Source: Candidatus Amulumruptor caecigallinarius
GTDB taxonomy: Bacteria; Bacteroidota; Bacteroidia; Bacteroidales; Muribaculaceae
Assembly: GCA_944321825.1 (NCBI GenBank)
Contig: CALUMU010000006.1
Coordinates: forward strand, 44,126 to 108,125
Direction: 5' to 3'
DNA: 64,000 bases
Shown here: positions 1 through 8,758 of the stretch, piece after piece
How the letters are laid out: each line of letters starts with the position of its first letter
Position numbering within the stretch: position 1 is the first letter of the stretch
Program-made: the position numbers and the translations under genes
The notes under the pieces: model-generated
Told to the model about the DNA's origin: nothing
The model's database searches: none
Seen by the model: only the letters and a program-made list of their open reading frames with translations

Positions 1-630
1 TGTATATACATATCCACACAGGCAGCGCGACGACTGCTGCACCACGAGTGACCGCAGGTAGTCGTATTTGCCTATCACGTCATCGCTGGCTGAGAGGTTG
101 AAGATTACATCGGCTCCTGCCATGGCGAGCCGCGTGGAGGGCGGTACGGGAGCCCACATGTCCTCGCAGATTTCTATTCCTATGTTGACCCCGTTGACGG
201 CAATCAGGTCGATGCTGTCGGAGGGCGGAGCCGGTCGCCACCAACGGCGTTCGTAGAACTCGTTGTAGTTAGGCACATAGGTTTTTCGCACCTCTTTCAT
301 GCCAAGGCGGTTGATAAGAGCTGCGCAGTTGTACATCGCGCCTGCGCCGTCAACTTTAGGATAACCCACGATGATGGACGTGTCGCCCCATGCCGCAGCT
401 GCGTCGATGAGCCGCTGCACTCCATCAGCAGCTGCCCGCACAAGCGTGGAGTCGTGGAACAGGTCGGCGCATGTATATCCCGTTATGCACATTTCAGGAA
501 ATACGGCGACTTCCACATCCTGCTCTATCAGGCGTGGGATGAAGTCCAATATGGCGTTGACGTTGGCATCGACATCGCCAACTTCGACGGGAGGCACTAT
601 CGCGGCAACGCGGAAATATCCGTTTTTCAT
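1..630 (-). CDS. nadE: NAD+ synthase (glutamine-dependent), N-terminal carbon-nitrogen hydrolase domain; partial, the rest lies left of the window
   Basis: Not in the ORF track because there is no stop in the window. The reverse strand reads in frame from the ATG (comp. 628-630): MKNGYFRVAAIVPPVEVGDVDANVNAILDFI..VAVFPEMCITGYTCADLF..NIGIEICEDMWAP. This nitrilase-type Glu/Cys pattern is typical of NadE N-termini. Confidence 0.75.
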   Translation of the reverse strand, partial: MKNGYFRVAAIVPPVEVGDVDANVNAILDFIPRLIEQDVEVAVFPEMCITGYTCADLFHDSTLVRAAADGVQRLIDAAAAWGDTSIIVGYPKVDGAGAMYNCAALINRLGMKEVRKTYVPNYNEFYERRWWRPAPPSDSIDLIAVNGVNIGIEICEDMWAPVPPSTRLAMAGADVIFNLSASDDVIGKYDYLRSLVVQQSSRCLCGYVYT

Positions 631-663
631 ATCATAAGGAGTGTATTGGTTTTGATTGTGAGA

Positions 664-1677
664 TTATGTGAGGTCGCTGAACTTACGCAGACCGCGCAGG
701 TAGTAGTCGCGGAGTATGTTGCGCCGACCCCATGGCAGGGTGGGGAGCATGTTGGCAGCCGGGGGCTGTATGTCGCTGTAATGCTCGCGCACCATGCGGC
801 GGAAATCCCTGTGGGCTCCGATTATGGCCGATGCGTTGTGGAAATCGAGCGTAGCCATGAATTTTGCCCATGCGAGCGTGTCGAGCAGCCGTCGGCGGAT
901 GAGGAAGCCGCGCCGCTCGCGCAGGGGCAGGTTCTTATATAGCATCAGCAGCGAATTGCGGAAGTTGAGGTAGGTCTTGCGTGGCGACGATGCCGGCAGG
1001 CTACCACCGCCGAGGTGGTAGACTGCCCCTGCTGGTACCGCAGCTATGCCGTAGCCCATGGAGCGGAGCCGCCAGCAGAGGTCTATCTCCTCCATATGGG
1101 CGAAAAAACGGCTGTCGAGCCCTCCGGCATCCAAGTATAGCTGGGTACGCACCATCAGCGCCGCCCCGGTCGCCCAGAAAATTTCCATGGGTGAATCATA
1201 CTGCCCATGGTCGGTCTCTACGGTGTCGAAAATCCTGCCACGACAGTAGGGGTAGCCGTTGCGGTCCAGGAAACCTCCGGCAGCTCCGGCATACTCGAAT
1301 TTCGTAGGCTCGGCTATGCTGAGTATCTTGGGCTGCACTGCCGCGATGGAGGGATGTGTCTCCATATAGCGGTAGAGGGGCGTGAGCCAGTCGCCTTTGA
1401 CCTCCACGTCGCTGTTGAGCAGCACGGTGTAGCGGCTGCCGGCGCGGCGTATGGCCTCGTTGTAGCCCCCGGCATAGCCGAGGTTTTTGTCAAAGGCGAG
1501 GACTTTCACATCGGGAAATTCGTCGGCAAGGCGCGTCATGGAGTCGTCGGTACTGCCGTTGTCGGCCACGATGATGTCGGCGATGTCGGCCGGCGTATAC
1601 CTGATTACGCTGCCGAGGTAGCGGCTGAGCATGTCGGCACCGTTCCAGTTGAGTATTATGACAGCTACGGGTTTCAT
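664..1677 (-). CDS. glycosyltransferase family 2
   Basis: 337-aa ORF with MKPVAVIILNWNGADML..IIVADNGSTDDS..LLNSDVEV (GT2 DxD-type fold motifs). Its ATG overlaps the stop of the upstream acyltransferase gene (ATGA at 1674-1677). Confidence 0.85.
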   Translation of the reverse strand: MKPVAVIILNWNGADMLSRYLGSVIRYTPADIADIIVADNGSTDDSMTRLADEFPDVKVLAFDKNLGYAGGYNEAIRRAGSRYTVLLNSDVEVKGDWLTPLYRYMETHPSIAAVQPKILSIAEPTKFEYAGAAGGFLDRNGYPYCRGRIFDTVETDHGQYDSPMEIFWATGAALMVRTQLYLDAGGLDSRFFAHMEEIDLCWRLRSMGYGIAAVPAGAVYHLGGGSLPASSPRKTYLNFRNSLLMLYKNLPLRERRGFLIRRRLLDTLAWAKFMATLDFHNASAIIGAHRDFRRMVREHYSDIQPPAANMLPTLPWGRRNILRDYYLRGLRKFSDLT

Positions 1678-2537
1678 TTCGTGTCAGGGAGAGTGACGGG
1701 GTATTTCCATCGGTTGTGGGTCCAGAGCCATCCCGCAGGGTCGCGCTTTATGGTCCGCTCGAGGAGGCTGACATATCGTTCGGTCAGCTCACCAGGAGCC
1801 GTCAGCGACGCATCGGCAGCCATGTCGACGATGTCGAGTCGGTAGTAACCCCGGCGTATGCGCGTCATGTCCATGTACACCACCGCAGCTCCGAGGCGGC
1901 GGGCGAGGTGTTCGGTGCCGGAAATCATGGCTGTGGGGTGGTTGAGAAATGTGGTGATGTGGCCCGGGTCGCCGTGGCTCGGTTTCTGGTCGCTCATGAA
2001 GCCGGTCATGGAGGGCATACCGTCGCGCCGCAGTCTGATGATGTCGCGCATGACGGTCGCTTTCTTGAAACTGTGGCTTCCGAAACGGCTGCGCAGACGC
2101 AGAAACAGGCGGTCGGAATGCCGGTTGCGCAGCGGTCGGTAGACTTGGGCGAAGACCGCTTCGCTGTCACGCTGCTTGGAAGTCCATAGGGTGATTGAGG
2201 GTGCCCACTCCCAGTTGGCTGTATGGGCAAAATATGCTATTATGGTCTTCCCTTGGCTGAGGTATTCGTCGACCTTTTCGATTCCTCCGAATACTACACG
2301 CCGACGCATCTCACGGTCGGTGATGCCGAGCAGCTTGATGGCTTCGATGAAATTGTCGGTGAAATTGCGGTAAAACCGGCGTTCGATATGCTTGATCTCA
2401 CTGAGCGGTTTGTCGGGAAACGACTCTGTCAGGTTTTTGCGCACGAGCCGACGGCGGTATCTTACCACGTGATACACTATCGGGGCGAGCAGGTCGCTGA
2501 TGCGGTAGAGGATGCCGAGCGGCGGCATGAGTGTCAT
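1674..2537 (-). CDS. lysophospholipid / lipid A-type (LpxL/HtrB family) acyltransferase
   Basis: The ORF track gives 1674..2564. I prefer the internal ATG at comp. 2535-2537 (MTLMPPLGILYRISDLL...), which forms an ATGA overlap with the mtaB stop. The sequence has an N-terminal membrane anchor, HTANWEW (HX4-type acyltransferase motif region) and a length of about 287 aa. Confidence 0.7.
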   Translation of the reverse strand: MTLMPPLGILYRISDLLAPIVYHVVRYRRRLVRKNLTESFPDKPLSEIKHIERRFYRNFTDNFIEAIKLLGITDREMRRRVVFGGIEKVDEYLSQGKTIIAYFAHTANWEWAPSITLWTSKQRDSEAVFAQVYRPLRNRHSDRLFLRLRSRFGSHSFKKATVMRDIIRLRRDGMPSMTGFMSDQKPSHGDPGHITTFLNHPTAMISGTEHLARRLGAAVVYMDMTRIRRGYYRLDIVDMAADASLTAPGELTERYVSLLERTIKRDPAGWLWTHNRWKYPVTLPDTK

Positions 2538-3865
2538 AGCGCCACCTCCCCTCTGATGATACATTCGCCGCCGTCATCCACATCTTCGATGGCGGTAAGG
2601 GTAACAGGGACTACCGTATTGGCCAAGGTGTCGTCACGCGTGATTTCCACTCGCAGATAGTTGTCGGTCAGTCCGAACATCTTTCCGTCGGGGCGGGCGT
2701 GTTCTACAAGCACAGGGCGCGTCGAGCCGATGAAGCGGGATGCAAATCCATGGAGCTTGGTGTCGCTCATGCGCAGCATCACGGCGGCTCTGCGCTGCTT
2801 GTCGGCCTGGCTGACGGCACCTCCGAGCTGCAAGGCGCGAGTACCCGGGCGTTCGCTGTAGGGGAATACGTGCAGCCGGGATATGTCAAGACCCTCTATG
2901 AACCGCCGAGATATTTCAAACTCTTCGTCGGTCTCGCCTCGGGTACCCACTATGAGGTCCACGCCTATGAAAGCGTCGGGAATGGACTCGCGTATGGCGC
3001 GTACTTTGTCGGCAAACAGGCGGCTGTCATAGTGGCGGCGCATCAGCCGCAGCACCTCATCCGAGCCGCACTGGAGCGGTGTGTGGAAGTGCGGCATAAA
3101 CCGCTTGGAATCGGCCACGAAACGTATTATTTCGTCGGTCAGCAGGTCGGGCTCTATGGAGGAGATGCGGTAACGCTCTATTCCGTCGACCTTGTCAAGC
3201 TCGCGGATGAGGTCGATTAGCCTGTCGGTGCGGCCTTTGCCGAAATCGCCGATATTTACCCCGGTAAGCACTATCTCCTTGCCTCCTTCGGCTGCCACGC
3301 TGACGGCTTGTGCCACTAACGAGTCGATGGAGCCCGAGCGGCTGCGTCCGCGGGCCATGGGTATGGTGCAGTAGCTGCAGTAGTAGTCGCAGCCGTCCTG
3401 CACTTTCAGGAAGTGGCGGGTGCGGTCGTCGGCGGAACATGCCGGGACAAATTCCCGCAGATCCTTGGCCGGGATTACCTCGTTGATAGGCGAGTGTGCC
3501 GCATCCCACTGCTCTATATATTCAGCCAGACGCGCTTTGGCATTTGTCCCGACGACGATGTCTACTCCGGGTATGTCGGCGACTTCGCCGGGCTTGAGCT
3601 GGGCATAGCATCCTGTCACGAGTACTGTCGCGTCCGGAAACCGGCGGACGAGGCTACGGATGGCTTGGCGGCATTTGCGGTCGGCGAGCTCGGTGACGCT
3701 GCAAGTGTTGACTACTATGATGTCGGGCTTGTCGCCGTCGGTGGCGCGAACAAACCCCCTCTCCGCGAGCAGATGGCCTACGGAGCTGGTTTCGGCAAAA
3801 TTCAGTTTGCACCCGAATGTCTTGTACAAGACTCTCCGTGTGCCGAATGTATTGTTGTCTATCAC
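2534..3865 (-). CDS. mtaB: tRNA (t6A37) methylthiotransferase MtaB (radical SAM)
   Basis: 443 aa with YKTFGCKLNFAETS at the N-terminus (UPF0004 domain), radical-SAM CDYYCSYCTIP, and a C-terminal TRAM-like region. Confidence 0.85.
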   Translation of the reverse strand: MIDNNTFGTRRVLYKTFGCKLNFAETSSVGHLLAERGFVRATDGDKPDIIVVNTCSVTELADRKCRQAIRSLVRRFPDATVLVTGCYAQLKPGEVADIPGVDIVVGTNAKARLAEYIEQWDAAHSPINEVIPAKDLREFVPACSADDRTRHFLKVQDGCDYYCSYCTIPMARGRSRSGSIDSLVAQAVSVAAEGGKEIVLTGVNIGDFGKGRTDRLIDLIRELDKVDGIERYRISSIEPDLLTDEIIRFVADSKRFMPHFHTPLQCGSDEVLRLMRRHYDSRLFADKVRAIRESIPDAFIGVDLIVGTRGETDEEFEISRRFIEGLDISRLHVFPYSERPGTRALQLGGAVSQADKQRRAAVMLRMSDTKLHGFASRFIGSTRPVLVEHARPDGKMFGLTDNYLRVEITRDDTLANTVVPVTLTAIEDVDDGGECIIRGEVAL

Positions 3866-3934
3866 TTATGCAAATATACGAAAATCCAATTACAATGCAC
3901 TTCCTGTTTTGCGCCAATAATCATTTAACCGCGT

Positions 3935-5536
3935 TCACAATATATACGACAGCATCAGATGTGCGCCGATTTGTTTGCTGTGGATTATAGGACCCACTGT
4001 ATTGCTGATATATAAGGCTTTGTAACTTGTGGTACGCCAATAGAAATCCACTCCGGCAGATAGATATAGCCTTTTCCACCATCGGTATTTCAATGTTGCT
4101 TCCAGGTGGTTGAATGTCGAGGTTGATTTATCGCCCTGAATGTTGACTGGTTTGCCCTCTGGAGTGGTCGACCAATCCGCATTTTGATCATAGCCACTCC
4201 ACGTATAAACTTTATAGAACTGATTGGCTATGTTTGCAACCAGTCGATTTCTCAATAGCGATGCATTGATGCCTGCTTTGATGGAAAATCCGGATCCCCA
4301 ATTATAATTGCGATGATAGTCTCGATAAAAATCCGTCAGGATTCCAGTTAAAATCAAGCCGTTGGCATGAACATATCCATCAAATACAAAATCCTTGGAT
4401 GGAACATATTGAGCCATGACTCCTGCTCCCACCGATGCCGGTGCACCAAGTTTGTATGGCACTACACATGGAAACAATGGACTAAGGTTGGGCTCACGTC
4501 GTTTGATGGTATCTGAATCAAAAAAATCAAAATGTTGATACATTCCGACAGATGCCTTGAAGTTGTTCTTATTCACAACCTCTTTGGCCAGCAGACGGCC
4601 GATAATCTCCACCCTGCTTAGGAGAGGCTGTGTCTTGATACCTTGGATTTCCATCAGAAAAGAGAAATAATCATATGGCGCCTTGGTCTCCTCCTCAAAC
4701 TTATCGCCATATTCTATATTGATTTCGGCTGAGACACCGGTGCGTGTCCCTTCGTCATAGTCATATAAAGTGAGCATCTTTCCTCCCAATGACAGTTCTA
4801 TACTTATCGGAGGAACGCCAAATCTTCGTCCGGAAGTCGAACGGCGTTTCCATGCTTCACCTGTTATTATACGGGTCAGTCCTCGCATGGGGTTGACCAC
4901 AAAAGCCGCTGCTTCTCTTCCGAATCTTTCGCCGCCGCTGCTTCTGTCATCCAATATGAGGTCGGAAGTGCGGTATAGTACTTCGCCAATCGCCGCCCCG
5001 CCTATGGGTGTGGCAATAATGTCATTTGTTGAGGGATATTCACACTCCATAAACATCTCCCACATTGCACTTCCTCCTATGGCAAAAAGTTCTGACTGCC
5101 AGAAGTTGTAGCCGTTTGAACGCCCGGCATTATAGAAAATCGAGCCATTGTATGGATGCGCAAACATGTTGGTGCTCAAATGGTCGTTGTCCCATTCAAA
5201 GCCATGTTTAAAGTTCTCCTTGATAGAGTTCCATGAGATATATGCAAAATGTCCTTTTTGGACGTAGCGGTCAAAAGCCCACAAGCCGATGTTGAAGCCT
5301 ACGGTCTCTGCTCCGGCTCTCCAGAAGTTTTTTTTCTGATTGCGCAAAACATCCGCACTGTCCGGCAATACCGGACGAGCCAAAAGGTGGCGATCCATGT
5401 AGTCATGGTCCCATCCTTTTGAATTTTTATCAGTAACAGATGATGTCTTAACCGTATCAACCTCTTCTAAAGTCGACTTTTGGGCACAGACGAATAGAGG
5501 TAAAAATAGTATTATGGAAATAAGGAATATTTTCAT
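3935..5536 (-). CDS. secreted/outer-membrane protein, DUF3943-like
   Basis: 533 aa with signal peptide MKIFLISIILFLPLFVCAQ. The FAHPYNGSIFYNAGRSNGYNFWQSE block is what I associate with DUF3943. The C-terminal half is beta-rich. The DNA is visibly more AT-rich than both neighbours. Confidence 0.55.
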   Translation of the reverse strand: MKIFLISIILFLPLFVCAQKSTLEEVDTVKTSSVTDKNSKGWDHDYMDRHLLARPVLPDSADVLRNQKKNFWRAGAETVGFNIGLWAFDRYVQKGHFAYISWNSIKENFKHGFEWDNDHLSTNMFAHPYNGSIFYNAGRSNGYNFWQSELFAIGGSAMWEMFMECEYPSTNDIIATPIGGAAIGEVLYRTSDLILDDRSSGGERFGREAAAFVVNPMRGLTRIITGEAWKRRSTSGRRFGVPPISIELSLGGKMLTLYDYDEGTRTGVSAEINIEYGDKFEEETKAPYDYFSFLMEIQGIKTQPLLSRVEIIGRLLAKEVVNKNNFKASVGMYQHFDFFDSDTIKRREPNLSPLFPCVVPYKLGAPASVGAGVMAQYVPSKDFVFDGYVHANGLILTGILTDFYRDYHRNYNWGSGFSIKAGINASLLRNRLVANIANQFYKVYTWSGYDQNADWSTTPEGKPVNIQGDKSTSTFNHLEATLKYRWWKRLYLSAGVDFYWRTTSYKALYISNTVGPIIHSKQIGAHLMLSYIL

Positions 5537-5682
5537 AATCAGATGCTTTCACAATTTACTTATCAGATGTAGAGCCGGTAAGTTCAACAGACAGGTGCAA
5601 AATTAGCGATATATTTGAAGAAATATTGAATCTAACTCATAATTAAAAAAGCATACTCGCTTATAGTGACGGAGGTTGTTAC

Positions 5683-5717
5683 AAAAAAACGATGGCGGTG
5701 CAAGCAGCACCGCCATC
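5683..5717 (-). terminator. rho-independent terminator of rpsA
   Basis: On the minus strand: GATGGCGGTGC-ttgct-GCACCGCCATC (5691-5717), followed by a T7 run (plus-strand A-run 5683-5689), 34 nt after the rpsA stop. Confidence 0.8.
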
Positions 5718-5750
5718 GGCAGAGGGTATTGTGAATCCTTGTAGTTGGGA

Positions 5751-7544
5751 TTACTTGTTTTCGAGTTTCTCCTTGAGGGCTGCGAGAGCTTCAAGGTCGC
5801 CGAGAGTAGTCTTTTCAAGGGGAGCATTGAGGACGGGAGCCTCTTCCTCACGCTTTGCGCGGGGAGCTGCTGCACGCTTCTGGCGGCGCTGTTCGCCACG
5901 CTCGGCACGCTGCTCGTCCTCGAAGATGCGGCTGTGGCTGAGGATGATGCGCTTGCTGTCCTTGTTGAACTCTATTACCTTGAAGTTGAGCTTCTCGTCG
6001 AGCTTGGCCTGAGAGCCGTCTTCCTTCTGGAGGTGCTTGGGAGTAGCGAAGCCCTCAACGCCGTAGGGGAGTGCGATTACGGCACCCTTTTCTACCATCT
6101 CGACGATGGTGCCTTCGTGTATAGAGCCGACTGTGAAGATGGTCTCGAATACGTCCCAGGGATTTTCCTCGAGCTGCTTGTGGCCGAGGGAGAGGCGGCG
6201 GTTCTCCTTGTCGATTTCAAGGACCTGCACGTCGATGTCGGCACCGATCTGGGTAAATTCGCTGGGGTGCTTGATTTTCTTGGTCCAGCTGAGGTCGCTG
6301 ATGTGGATCAGGCCGTCAACGCCCTCTTCGATTTCAACGAATACGCCGAAGTTGGTGAAGTTGCGGACACGAGCAGTGTGCTTGCTGCCAACAGGGTAGC
6401 GCACTTCGATGTCTTCCCAGGGATCTTTCTTGAGCTGCTTGATGCCGAGGCTCATCTTGCGGTCCTCGCGGTCGAGTGTCAGGATGACAGCTTCAACCTC
6501 GTCGCCGACTTTCATGAAGTCGTTGGCAGAGCGGAGGTGCTGGCTCCACGACATTTCGCTCACGTGGATAAGGCCTTCGACACCGGGAGCGATTTCGACG
6601 AATGCGCCGTAGTCGGCCATGACCACTACGCGGCCTTTGACCTTGTCGCCGACTTTGAGGTTCTCGTCAAGGGCGTTCCAGGGATGGGGCTGGAGCTGCT
6701 TGAGGCCGAGGGCGATGCGCTTCTTCTCGTCGTCGAAGTCGAGGATAACGACATTGAGCTTCTGGTCGAGCTGAACGACCTCTTCGGGGTGGCTTACGCG
6801 GCCCCAGCTGAGGTCGGTGATATGTATGAGGCCGTCGACACCGCCGAGGTCGATGAATACGCCGTAGGTGGTGATGTTCTTGACGGTACCCTCGAGTACC
6901 TGGCCCTTTTCGAGCTTGGAGATGATCTCGCGCTTCTGCTGCTCGAGCTCTGCCTCGATGAGAGCCTTGTGGCTTACGACCACGTTGCGGAACTCGGAGT
7001 TGATTTTGACAACCTTGAATTCCATGGTCTTGCCTACAAACATGTCATAGTCACGGATGGGCTTGACGTCGATCTGGCTGCCGGGGAGGAATGCCTCAAT
7101 GCCGAGCACGTCGACAATCATACCGCCTTTGGTGCGGCACTTGATGAAGCCCTTGATGATTTCGTCCTTCTCGAGAGCCTCGTTGATGCGCTCCCATGCA
7201 CGGGCTGCGCGGGCTTTGCGGTGAGAAAGGATGAGTTGGCCCTTCTTGTCTTCCTGGTTCTCGATGAACACTTCTACAGTGTCGCCAACCTTGAGGTCGG
7301 GATTGTAGCGGAATTCGCTGATGGGGATGATGCCGTCGCTCTTGTAGCCGATGTTAACCACAGCTTCGCGCTTGTTGAGGGCGATGATGGTACCTTCGAT
7401 TACATCCTTGTCCTTGACGGTGTTGAGACTTTCGTCATAGGTGCGGGTGAGCTCTTCGCGTGATTTTTCTCCTTGGGTTTCGCCTTTTTCGTAAGCGTCC
7501 CAGTCGAAGTCTTCGATTGGAGAATTTTTTACTTCTTCAGTCAT
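5751..7544 (-). CDS. rpsA: 30S ribosomal protein S1
   Basis: 597 aa with six S1-type OB repeats (e.g. GTIIALNKREAVVNIGYKSDGIIP, GTVKNITTYGVFIDLGGVDGLIHITDLSW, GRVVVMADYGAFVEIAPGVEGLIHVSEMSW). Confidence 0.95.
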   Translation of the reverse strand: MTEEVKNSPIEDFDWDAYEKGETQGEKSREELTRTYDESLNTVKDKDVIEGTIIALNKREAVVNIGYKSDGIIPISEFRYNPDLKVGDTVEVFIENQEDKKGQLILSHRKARAARAWERINEALEKDEIIKGFIKCRTKGGMIVDVLGIEAFLPGSQIDVKPIRDYDMFVGKTMEFKVVKINSEFRNVVVSHKALIEAELEQQKREIISKLEKGQVLEGTVKNITTYGVFIDLGGVDGLIHITDLSWGRVSHPEEVVQLDQKLNVVILDFDDEKKRIALGLKQLQPHPWNALDENLKVGDKVKGRVVVMADYGAFVEIAPGVEGLIHVSEMSWSQHLRSANDFMKVGDEVEAVILTLDREDRKMSLGIKQLKKDPWEDIEVRYPVGSKHTARVRNFTNFGVFVEIEEGVDGLIHISDLSWTKKIKHPSEFTQIGADIDVQVLEIDKENRRLSLGHKQLEENPWDVFETIFTVGSIHEGTIVEMVEKGAVIALPYGVEGFATPKHLQKEDGSQAKLDEKLNFKVIEFNKDSKRIILSHSRIFEDEQRAERGEQRRQKRAAAPRAKREEEAPVLNAPLEKTTLGDLEALAALKEKLENK

Positions 7545-7619
7545 TTAAAAGTTAATAAAACAGGGTTAATTAATAAGGTGCATCGCGGTAGTGCCGATGC
7601 ACTGCCGCATAATGCGCTG

Positions 7620-7627
7620 CAAAGGTA
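7620..7627 (-). promoter_or_regulatory. candidate -7 box (TACCTTTG) of the rpsA promoter
   Basis: Plus-strand CAAAGGTA is TAnnTTTG on the minus strand, about 75 nt upstream of the rpsA ATG. Confidence 0.4.
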
Positions 7628-7723
7628 GTGATTTTTTGCCAATTACATCGGGTCCATCCATATTAATCACAAAAAAATCACTAAATTAGCATCAGTTTTT
7701 TCAACACACTATTAGAATCCGAT

Positions 7724-8164
7724 ATGAACGATATACCTGGCGAATGGTGGACCGCACCCACCGAGAGCGAATCCGGCAGACTGATAATGGTAACAGGCCG
7801 CGACGATATCGGCAGATTCCGTGACAACCCCCGTTTCAGCATCCGCGTAGAGGTGGGCTGGGACTATGGCTGCGATGCATCAGGAATGCCGGGGGCGGAT
7901 GATGCGGCCATGATGGAGGCTGTTACCGACCGCCTTGCCGACGCGTTTCGCAAAGACCCTGTAGCTGTGATGACCGGGATATACACCGGCGATGGCCGTC
8001 GCGACTGGATATTCTATACGGCAAGTGTGCATATCTTCGGGCGCAAGCTCAACGAGGCTCTTGCCGACCTGCCGCTGCTTCCGCTGACGGTGTACACGGA
8101 GAATGACCCCGGATGGGATGAGTATGCCGAGATGTCGCAGGCCCGGGTGGATGTGTCTGAATAA
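7724..8164 (+). CDS. DUF695-like protein
   Basis: 146 aa: WWTAPTESESGRLIMVTGRDDIGRFRDNPRFSIRVEVGWDY..GMPG..MEAVTDRLADAF. This layout matches what I recall for DUF695. Function unknown. Confidence 0.5.
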   Translation: MNDIPGEWWTAPTESESGRLIMVTGRDDIGRFRDNPRFSIRVEVGWDYGCDASGMPGADDAAMMEAVTDRLADAFRKDPVAVMTGIYTGDGRRDWIFYTASVHIFGRKLNEALADLPLLPLTVYTENDPGWDEYAEMSQARVDVSE

Positions 8165-8262
8165 TAAGACTTATAAATCTTATAAGAAGCGTTTAGGGGG
8201 GTTACCAACCGTCCCTGTCCGCTGACCCGCATTTAGCGGCGTGATGTCGCTGGATCGAAATG

Positions 8263-8504
8263 CAAAACGAGAGGGCATCGAGCTGACTGTCAGCCTGATG
8301 CCCTCTGCTATGGCTACCACACCAAAGGATGCGATGAAACTCCGAATGACAGGATTTGAGTGCTCGCCGCCCTTTGTAATCCTCCGTGGCCCGGAAGCCA
8401 GCCCTTGCGGGTGAGGCCCGCCATTGGACGGTTACGCTGTGTCTCGGTATTTCAGAAAAATTTGATGAGTTTCCCAATCTACTTTGATGTGGCGTTTATC
8501 TTGA
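8263..8504 (-). ncRNA. candidate independently transcribed structured RNA (about 240 nt), class unknown
   Basis: Bounded by a minus-strand TTG-N20-TATCTTTG promoter (8510-8540) and a 35-nt hairpin (8271-8305) followed by TCGTTTTGCATTT. GC-rich and lies in a 594-bp convergent gap. Only a 36-codon ATG ORF lies inside. Confidence 0.35.
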
Positions 8505-8509
8505 TATCA

Positions 8510-8540
8510 CAAAGATATGTGTTTTGGTTGGAAATTCCAA
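8510..8540 (-). promoter_or_regulatory. candidate Bacteroidetes-type promoter (TTG -33, TATCTTTG -7)
   Basis: The minus strand reads aaaagTTGgaatttccaaccaaaacacaTATCTTTGtgatatc. The spacer is 20 nt, and the -7 box is comp. 8510-8517. Confidence 0.4.
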
Positions 8541-8758
8541 CTTTTGAGCGAAAAATTTTGTCGGTGTCGCATTGCCACCATGTCGTAGGAGGGTGTTCCG
8601 AGGGGCGGCTTCACACCGGGGTGCGTCCCTGCGCAGCGGACGGCGTTGTCGGTCATTGCCGGAGGGTTGAAGCGCGCCGTGACGATGATTGTTTTTATGC
8701 AGAGTAACCCTATAAGGAGGTTCTGCGACACACTCGGTTTTCCCCGGAATCTTGAAGG

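Noticed and set aside
5745-7463. A 572-aa ORF on the plus strand, antisense to rpsA.
   Set aside because: It lies entirely within and opposite the unmistakable S1 gene. The product is a monotonous E/L/A/V/D-rich sequence with no motif. This is the typical mirror-frame artefact of a GC3-biased gene.
8165-8758. I tried to assign the long convergent gap to RNase P RNA, tmRNA, SRP RNA or a cobalamin riboswitch.
   Set aside because: On both strands I found none of the expected cores:
- no GGAAAGTCCGG P4 core,
- no tmRNA acceptor/T-arm (GGTTCGA..TCCACCA) or ANDENYALAA-type tag frame,
- no GGAA-tetraloop SRP domain IV sequence,
- no GCCACTG B12 box.

A CGCTGACCCGCA stretch resembles part of a cobalamin core but lacks the rest. 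It is left as unclassified.
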